Below, one piece after another: positions 55,813-64,000 of a DNA stretch of 64,000 bases. The notes under the pieces are model-generated. The model did not search any database, had not been told where the DNA came from, and worked only from the letters and a program-made list of their open reading frames with translations. This stretch comes from Dictyostelium discoideum (taxonomy: Eukaryota), in the NCBI GenBank assembly GCA_000004695.1, contig CM000152.2, positions 1,920,001 to 1,984,000 on the forward strand, in the 5' to 3' direction. Positions within the stretch are counted from its first letter, which is position 1, and the number at the start of each line of letters is the position of its first letter. A program made the translations under genes and the position numbers.

Positions 55813-57989
55813 ATGGGTTGTATTTTCACCAAACCTTCTCCTGAACAACAGAAATTTGATGGAGAAGATTATGAATGTGAAAATAAAAAGAATTTAAATT
55901 TAATTAGTTATATTAGAAATTTATTATTTGGAAATAATAGTCATCAACAACTATACAATGAAATAATACCAACAACAACCTCAACAACCTCAACAACAAC
56001 AAATTCAGTGTACCAAAATATTGGTCTAGATGGATACAATAATAATAACAATAACAATAACAATAATAACAACAACAATAATATAATGAATAATTACGGC
56101 TATGACGATTATGGTTATAGCTATGAAGAAGATGAGGATTATTATGATGAAATGCCAATACCAACAATAGTGGCACAACCACAACCACAACCACAACCAC
56201 AACCACAACCACAACCACAACCACAACAACCAATAAGAATAGTATCACAAAATCAACAAATACCAACAACACCACCACAACAAATATCACAATTTAATAT
56301 TACTGGAAATAAATCACCATCTTCAATAGGAAGTAGACATAGAAGTAAACCCAAAGAAACTTTAAGAGCACATAAAAAGAGACATAAAGATGGACATAAA
56401 ATGGTTAATGAATATGTTTTCGTAAGAAAATTAGGTAAAGGTACTTTTGGAAAAGTAAAATTAGCCTATCATCATGATACACATCATTTATATGTAAGTT
56501 TAATTATTATTATTAATTATTATTATATTTTAATTATATATTAATTTAATTTTTTTTTAATTTTTATTTTAATTATAATTAGGCAATTAAAATTTTTAAT
56601 AAAATTAGATTAAAGAAACAAACAATGGGTATTGGTAGACCAAATGCATTTGATGATGTATTAAAAGAGATTGCAATTATGAAAAAGATGAATCATATAA
56701 ATGTTGTAAAACTTTATGAAGTTATCAATGATCCACAAGAAGAGTATATTTACATTGTGATGGAGTATATTGAAGGTGGTAGTATAATGTCTGCCAATGA
56801 GACATCTGAAGATTTAGCTAGAAAATACTTTAGAGATATTGTATTTGGTCTTGAATATCTTCATGAACAAAAAGTCATTCACAAAGATCTAAAGCCAGAG
56901 AATCTATTGGTCAATAGTGAAGGTGTTGTAAAGATCACTGATTTCGGTGTCTCACATATTTTCGATGACGATGACGTTGTAAGATGCTCAAGAGGAAGTC
57001 CAGCATTCTTGGCACCCGAATTATGTAGAAACGAATCTCAACCAATCTCTGGCAAAGGAGTGGATGTTTGGGCATTGGGTGTTAGTTTGTATTGTTTAAT
57101 CTTTGCAAGAACTCCATTCATCTCAAAAACAAACTCCCTATTGGATATCTATGATCAAATTGTTAATCATGAACCAACCTATCCAAGAGAGATCTCAAAT
57201 GATCTAATGGATCTATTCAAAAGATTATTGGATAAAAATCCATTGACCAGAATTCAAATAGCAGAGATTAAATCACACAAATGGACCACAATCTCTGGTA
57301 CATGGCCAATGAATGAGTTGGACCATTTGATCTTATCAGTAACTGATCAAGAAATGATCGATGCCATTAGTACCGATCATACAATTAAACCATCCGATAA
57401 TACTACAACTGATGAAGATGATTCAGATTTAAGTAGTAGTAGTGGTGGTGAAAGTAGTGGTATAATAGGTTCAAGTAATGAAAGTAAATCAATGTATAAT
57501 AATGTAAATAGTAAACAAAAAATTCAAAATCAAAATCAAAATCAAAATCAAAATCAAAATCAAAATCAAAATCAAAATCAAAATCAAAATCATAATCAAA
57601 ATCAAAATCAAAATCAAAATCAAAACAATAATAACAATTCATTAATTGAAAAATCAAATATCTCAATACCAGCATCATCATCATCGATTAGTAATAATGA
57701 TAGTTGCTATGAAAATAGAAATGTATATATAAAAGATGAAGAAATGAATATGATATGTAACGACAGTGTAATTATGGATCCAATTAAAGAATTAAACAAA
57801 ATTGATGGATTAAATTATGGTTGTGATTTCCAAATTGGAAAAGAATATTCAGATTTTCAATATAACAGTGGCCATTTTATTTATGATTTGGTCGATGAAA
57901 ATGAATCTCAAATATCAAGAGAATCTGCAAATGATTACTATTTACCTTTTAAAACAAATAAATATCTAAACAATAAATCAATTGTTTAA
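55813..57989 (+). CDS. Ca2+/calmodulin-dependent protein kinase kinase (CaMKK)-like Ser/Thr kinase. Exons 55813..56493 and 56583..57989.
   Basis: MGCIFTK carries N-myristoylation (G2) and palmitoylation (C3) signals. ...FVRKLGKGTFGKVKLAYHHDTHHLY|GTAAGT ... AG|AIKIFNK restores the VAIK motif across the intron. The RP-rich insert KKQTMGIGRPNAFDD, together with DVLKEIAIMKKMNHINVVKLYEVINDPQEEYIYIVMEY, HEQKVIHKDLKPENLL, ITDFGVS and GSPAFLAPELC...ISGKGVDVWALGVSLYCLIFARTPF...LLDKNP, matches CaMKK1/2 closely. The C-terminal tail has a (QN)19 repeat from (CAAAAT)n at 57527-57620. Exon 1 has a (QP)11 repeat. Confidence 0.8.
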
Positions 57990-58170
57990 TTTTCATTGTA
58001 AATTAAAATTAAAAATAAAAATAAAAATAAAATAAAAAAAAAAAATAAAAAAAAAATAAAAAATTACAAAGATAAATTTGAAAATTAAATACCTGTATTA
58101 CATTTTTAAAATAATAAATATTCATTTCATTTTATTTAAATACTAAAATAAATTTAGTAAAAGCAAATCA

Positions 58171-58209
<39 letters not shown>

Positions 58210-58480
58210 ATTTATTTGGGTTTTCATTCCACGTTGCTTTTTTTAAAAAATCTTTTGAAATCTTGTTTTGGATTGTTTCGTTGCTTTTATAATAAAAATT
58301 TTTGGAAATAAACACGTTATATTATTATCATAAAGTTAGATTTGCTAATCAAAAAATGTCATCGTAAAATTATAATCGAAAATTGGAAAATGTAAAATTG
58401 GTTGTTATAAAAAAAAAAAAAATAATAAAACACCTTTTTTTCAACACCTAATTTTTTACTTTTCACAAATTTTTCTAAAC

Positions 58481-58513
<33 letters not shown>

Positions 58514-58759
58514 CAATATTACTATTTTATTTTAGTTAATATTTCCTTATATGGTTGTTTTTTTTATTTTATATTTTATTTTTTATTTATTTTTTATTTT
58601 TTTTTCAAAAATTCGGGTTGTGCCACATTAATTGTTTAATTATTTAAATTATAATAAATAAAATTGTTTATGTGGCATTTTTTTTTTATTATTTTTATTA
58701 TTAGTATAAAAAGAAATGGAATATTGTGAATTAGTAATCAAAAATTTAGTAAAATAAAA

Positions 58760-58932
58760 ATGAAATTAAAAATAAAATTTTCCATTATTTCACTTTTTAT
58801 TTTAAAATTGGTAATTTCAAAACCAATTTTAAAATTTAATAATAATAATCAATTTAAAATTATTCAATTTACAGATTTACACTATGGAAGTGAACCAGTT
58901 GATGATATTGATACTATTTTCTCTCAAGGTGA

Positions 58933-58965
<33 letters not shown>

Positions 58966-60136
58966 ATTTTTATTTTTAAAATAATTATATAAAATATTTT
59001 GATTTATTAATTTATTTTAAAGTAAATATATTGGATTATGAGAAACCAGATTTAGTAATTTTAAGTGGTGATATGGTTACAGGATATGAAGAACAATTTG
59101 AAGATGATGATAGAAATTATTGGAAGTATTGGAATGTATTCACAAGGCCATTTGTAGAAAGAAATATTCCATGGGCAATTACATTTGGTAATCATGATGG
59201 TGAAGGTGCACTTAGTACAAATGAAATTTTGAAAATTGACCAAACTTTTAATTTAAGTCTTTCTCAATCAAATCCGGTGGAAATGCATGGGATTGCAAAT
59301 TATGTATTAAAAATTTCAAGTTCGAATAGTTTAAAAAGTGAACCGGCTTCATTGGTATACATTTTCGATAGTTCCACCAAAGGTTGCTCAAAATTAGATT
59401 GGGGTTGTGTTCATCAAGATCAAGTGGATTGGTTTAAAAATACTTCAAAAAGTTTTAACAAAACTGATTCAATAGCATTTGTTCATATTCCTCCAGTTGA
59501 GATTATTGACTTATGGAATAATTATCCAGTTTATGGAAATTATTCAGAAACTTCTTGTTGCTTTGATAATGATTATGGTGACTTTGTCTCGAGCCTTGTT
59601 GAATCAGGAGATGTTCACGGTTTATATTTTGGTCATGATCATGAAAATGATTTCCATGGAGATTATAAAGGTGTTGATTTAGGATATGGCAGAAAATCAG
59701 GTGCTGGTTCATATAGTTCTAAAAAGCCATTAGGTGCAAGAGTATTCCAATTAACCGAATCACCTTTTACTCTTTCAACATGGATAAGAGAAGAAGATGG
59801 TAATATTGTATCCCAAGTAATTCATCCACCATCAGAATTCGATCGAAAACCACTTCAATGTAAAATGAAAGATAGTATGTATTAATTAATTAAAAAATCA
59901 TAATTATAAAAAATAAAAAAAATAAATTAACAATTGATTTTTCATTTATTTAAAATATTTAATTAGAGTATAGTAAAAAAGAATTAATAGCAATTAAAGT
60001 TATTGGAGGTTTTTTAATTTTCTTAGGAATAGTAGTTGTTGGTTTAATTGGATTTTTTGGGTTTAAACATTATAAAAAGTATGAATTTAAAAAACAATAC
60101 CAAGAATTTAAAAAATACTCAAATTGTATTTTATAA
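58760..60136 (+). CDS. Membrane-anchored calcineurin-like metallophosphoesterase (Dcr2 / purple-acid-phosphatase-like), paralog A. Exons 58760..58928, 59023..59874, 59967..60136.
   Basis: The signal peptide MKLKIKFSIISLFILKLVIS is followed by FKIIQFTDLHYG (DxH motif) | intron | VNILDYEKPDLVILSGDMVTG (GD), then AITFGNHDGE (GNHD/E), FVHIPP, GLYFGHDHENDF (GHDH). Donor A|GTATGT lies at 59875 and acceptor ttaattAG at 59965-66. The terminal exon KYSKKELIAIKVIGGFLIFLGIVVVGLIGFFGF is a TM anchor. All phases are consistent. Confidence 0.7.
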
Positions 60137-61122
60137 ATTCAATCATAAACACACCCTAATTAAACACACTTACATCACAACACACACACACACACATACA
60201 CATAACACACCCATTTATAATAACTGTAATATACAGAGAAATGAACGAATAATATAAATAAAAATGTATAATAAATTAAAATTGATTACATTTTATTTTT
60301 ATTATAATCCAATCTCGATATCTCTTTTTTTATAGATCACATCAAAAAATATTTAACTTCACCATTTTTAATTTATTTTGTTGTTTTGAATATCCCTTCT
60401 TTTTTTTATTTATTTATTTTTTTTGAAATTATGTCAAAGACTTTTCTTTTCAATCACTAACCTTTCAAATATTAATATTATTATTTAGATTCAAAAAGCA
60501 AACATTAGAAATGCAAAATCTTGTTTAATGAAAGTGAAGTTTATGGTTTTCCAAATTATATATAGATAATATCTAATCTTTTATATATATTTTTTATCTA
60601 AAATGCTAAATAAAATAGTGTGGTGCCATAGTTTGTTCTCAAAAAAAAATAAATAAAAAATAAACTTGATCAAGTTCTCTCAGAGATACTGGTTCTCATT
60701 GGTGGGTTATATTATCATTTTTTTTTATTTCTCAAATTTAATTGTTCAAATAATTTTATTTTATTTTTTTTTTTTTTTTTCATTTTAAAATAAATAAATA
60801 ATTAAAATAAATAATTAAATTATCTTTTTTATTTTTAAAAAATATTTTCAAAAAAAAAAAAAAAAAAAAGATTTATTTTTCAAAAACAATTTGGGAGGGA
60901 AAACAAAAAATAAAAGTCCCCAACAGAGCAAAAATAAAAAACCTATTTTTTTGAGTAAAAATTTGTCAAAAAATCCAATGCCAAAAAAAAAACATTGGAC
61001 CCATTTTTTCGAGTTCTCATTTTTCGATAACCTTTAGATTAATCCATCGCAACGTTGTAGTTTCAGAAAACATTTTAATATAAACCTTTCATAAATATAT
61101 TAAATGCACCTGTTTTGGAGAG

Positions 61123-61166
<44 letters not shown>

Positions 61167-61592
61167 AAACATTTTGCTACGTTTTATTTTATAATAATAT
61201 TTTCCGATTTGAATAGAAAAAAAAAAATTTAATGAAAAATTAAGTTTGAGTCTTTAACAAAAAATTTTAATGTTTTTCCTTTGAAAATTATATTAAATAA
61301 TATACAATTTTTTTTTTTTTTTTTAATGATTCGTGTCAAGTGCTACCTATGTTTTCTGTTTTTTTTTTTTTTTTTTTTAAATCCAAATATTTCCAAATTT
61401 GGAATTTAAATCAAAATTATTTCGTGTAGCATTATACAAAAAAAAAAAGGTTATAAATTATTATTTTTTTTTATAATTTATATATGTGGCTTTTTTTTAT
61501 TATTTTAAAAAAAAAATACTATAAAAAGGAAATGAAAAAAAAAAAATAATTCATTCAAACAATAAAAGAAACAATTTCGGAAAAAAAAAAAA

Positions 61593-62713
61593 ATGAAAGT
61601 AATAAATAAATTCATTATTATTTCAATATTATTAAAAATGGTAAACTCTAAACCAATTTTAAAATTTAATAATAATAATCAATTTAAAATTGTTCAATTT
61701 ACTGATTTACATTATGGTAGTGATCCAGAGTCAGATGTAGATTCAGTTTATTCTCAAAGTAATTATTAATAATTTAAAATAAATAAAACCAAAAAATAAA
61801 AATAAAAATAAAAATAAAAAATAAAGAGATTACTAATTTAATAAAAATTTAAAAAAGTTACAATCTTAGATTATGAGAAACCAGATTTAGTAGTTTTTAG
61901 TGGTGATATGATTTCAGGTTACCTTGATCCATTTGAAGATAATGATAAAAATTATTGGAAGTATTGGAATTTATTCACTGAACCTTTAATTGAAAGAAAT
62001 ATTCCATGGGCTATTACATTTGGTAATCATGATGGTGAAGGTGCACTCAGTACAAATGAAATTTTGAAACTTGACCAAACTTTTAATTTAAGTCTTTCCC
62101 AATCAAATTCAGTGGAAATGCATGGGATTGCAAATTATGTATTAAAAATTTCAAGTTCAAATAGTTCAAAAGAGGAACCTGCATCTTTAATTTATATTTT
62201 TGACAGTTCCACCAAAGGTTGTTCAAAATTAGATTGGGGTTGTGTTCATCAAGATCAAGTGGATTGGTTTAAAAATACTTCAAAAAGTTTTAACAAAACT
62301 AATTCAATTGCATTTGTTCATATTCCTCCAATTGAAGTTATTGACTTATGGAACAAATATCCAGTTCATGGTAATTTTTCAGAAACTCCATGTTGTTTTG
62401 ATAATGAATTTGGTAACTTTGTCCCAAGCCTTGTTGAATCAGGAGATGTTCACGGTTTATATTTTGGTCATGATCATGAAAATGATTTCCATGGAGATTA
62501 TAAAGGTGTTGATTTAGGATATGGCAGAAAATCAGGTGAAGGTTCATATAGTTCCAAAAAGCCATTAGGTGCAAGAGTATTCCAATTAACCGAATCACCT
62601 TTTACTCTTTCAACATGGATAAGAGAAGTAAATGGTAATATTGTATCTCAAGATGTTCATGTACAATCTGAAATAGATCAAAAACCACTTCAATGTAAAA
62701 GAAAGATAGTAAG

Positions 62714-62771
<58 letters not shown>

Positions 62772-62980
62772 AATTAATATTTATTAATTTTTATTTTTTT
62801 ATAAAATTAGAATATAGTAAAAGACAATTGTTAATTTATAAAATTGTTGGAAGTTTTTCAATTTTTTTGGCAGTAGTACTCGTTGGTTTGGCTGGATTTT
62901 TTGGATATAAATTTTATAAAAAGTATGAATTTAAAAAACATTACCAAGAATTAAAAAAATTCTCAAATTGTATTTTATAA
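61593..62980 (+). CDS. Membrane-anchored calcineurin-like metallophosphoesterase, paralog B (about 85% identical to paralog A). Exons 61593..61758, 61858..62712, 62811..62980.
   Basis: It has the same three-exon architecture as paralog A. Exon 1 is MKVINKFIIISILLKMVNSKPILKFNNNNQFKIVQFTDLHYGSDPESDVDSVYSQ. Exon 2 carries the GDMISG, GNHDGE and GHDHENDF motifs. The GTATTT donor at 62713 was chosen (phase 1) because it reproduces the TM exon YSKRQLLIYKIVGSFSIFLAVVLVGLAGFFGY. The stronger GTAAGT at 62709 would truncate after 7 codons. Confidence 0.65.
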
Positions 62981-63259
62981 AATACAACCATAAACATACC
63001 CTAAACACTCACATCACACAAACAAACACAAACACTCACACAAACACAACATACACGATAATAACACACCCATTTATAATAACTGTAATATAGAGATGAA
63101 TGCTTGATATTTAATAATAAAATGTATAATATAAATTAAAATTTAATACATTTTATTTTATTATCATCCTATTTCTATATTTCTATTTTATAGATCACTT
63201 TCAACAAAAATCACATTTTACCAACATTCAAAAAGATGATGGTATTTTAAATTATTTTC

Positions 63260-63296
<37 letters not shown>

Positions 63297-63572
63297 TTTT
63301 TTTTCATAACAATTTTTTATAATAATAATAATATTCAAAAATATAATATTTAAATATTAACATTTTAATTTTATAATTTTATAGGAGACAAGTTCAAAAA
63401 TAAACAAAGTAACCATCAAACAAGATTTTCCAAAGTTAATTATGTAAATCACCCCACATAATGTAAACAAAACACCCATTCATTGTATTATAGTAAAATA
63501 AAAATAAAATAAATAAAAATAATTTAAAATAAGTTAAATAGATTAAAGATCTATTAAAGTTGTTTTTTTTTT

Positions 63573-64000
63573 TTATTTATAAATTGAAACATTGATAATA
63601 TCATTTTGATCATTTTCACAATTATTATCAATTATTACATAACCACGATACATACCTTCAGTGTTGAAAGGCATTTCAACATTTCCATATTTATCAACAC
63701 AAATTACACCACCATCACCAACTGTTATTAATTTTTCCATTACAACTTTATTGGATGCATCTTTTAAAGATAAAGAACCATATTCCATCATTGCAGCAAT
63801 ATCAAAAGCGGCCACTGTTCTCATAAATGCTTCACCAGTTCCAGTTGAACTAACAGCAACATTTTTATTTGCATAAACACCAGCACCAATAATTGGAGTA
63901 TCACCAACTCTACCATGCATTTTATTTGTCATACCACCAGTTGAAGTTGCAGCGGCTAAATTACCAAAGGAATCTAAACAAACAGCACCAACAGTTCCCA
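63573..64000 (-). CDS. Isoaspartyl peptidase / L-asparaginase (ASRGL1-type Ntn hydrolase), C-terminal part. The gene's 5' end lies beyond the window.
   Basis: GTVGAVCLDSFGNLAAATSTGGMTNKMHGRVGDTPIIGAGVYANKNVAVSSTGTGEAFMR matches ASRGL1 [60 protein letters not shown]. The open frame continues to the window edge. Confidence 0.8.
   Translation of the reverse strand, partial: GTVGAVCLDSFGNLAAATSTGGMTNKMHGRVGDTPIIGAGVYANKNVAVSSTGTGEAFMRTVAAFDIAAMMEYGSLSLKDASNKVVMEKLITVGDGGVICVDKYGNVEMPFNTEGMYRGYVIIDNNCENDQNDIINVSIYK

Noticed and set aside
62709-62714. Using the strong GTAAGT donor at 62709 for paralog B
   Set aside because: It gives the wrong phase for the conserved TM exon and would terminate after 7 codons. 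The adjacent GTATTT (62713) reproduces the paralog A architecture. The alternative is kept as a finding.

Overview
The window is a gene-dense, very AT-rich eukaryotic chromosome segment with the hallmarks of a Dictyostelium-type (social amoeba) genome: poly-A/T tracts, (AAT)n poly-Asn runs, (CAA)n poly-Gln runs, and short 80-200 nt AT-rich introns with GTAAGT/GTATGT donors and (T)nAG acceptors. There are no prokaryotic features: no operons, CRISPR arrays, rRNA or recognisable tRNA genes. I resolve about 26 protein-coding genes, mostly housekeeping, by reading the six-frame translations against protein families I know, and I placed introns by hand. In order they are: CDC5-like Myb protein (partial); GPI ethanolamine-phosphate transferase PIG-N; a coiled-coil protein; a RhoGAP protein with a C-terminal transmembrane helix; cactin; an Asn-rich hypothetical; Nop52/RRP1; a SECIS-binding-protein-2-like L7Ae protein; a large secreted or type-I membrane glycoprotein with an EGF module and TQ/TP repeats; importin-9; condensin subunit CAP-G (cnd3) carrying a run of about 44 Asn; a GATA zinc-finger factor; an acidic hypothetical; a His/Pro/Cys tandem-repeat protein; a small Cys-rich secreted protein; a frame-broken LRR-like locus; Aurora kinase in 5 exons; the ERAD E3 ligase HRD1/synoviolin in 6 exons; a 1469-aa hypothetical; CYP51 sterol 14-alpha-demethylase; ALG9 mannosyltransferase in 6 exons; a small acidic protein; CaMKK-like kinase; two tandemly duplicated membrane-anchored metallophosphoesterase paralogs; and isoaspartyl peptidase/asparaginase (partial). 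The ORF track evidently allows TTG/GTG/CTG starts, so many of its listed 'M' starts are artefacts of exon-internal reading frames. I found no novel defence-type system. The observations most worth a second look are the His/Pro/Cys repeat protein, the 2.8-kb tandem paralog duplication, a frame-broken LRR locus without an ATG, a perfect 20-bp palindrome flanked by T40/A11 between convergent genes, and tandem 3' splice sites in ALG9.
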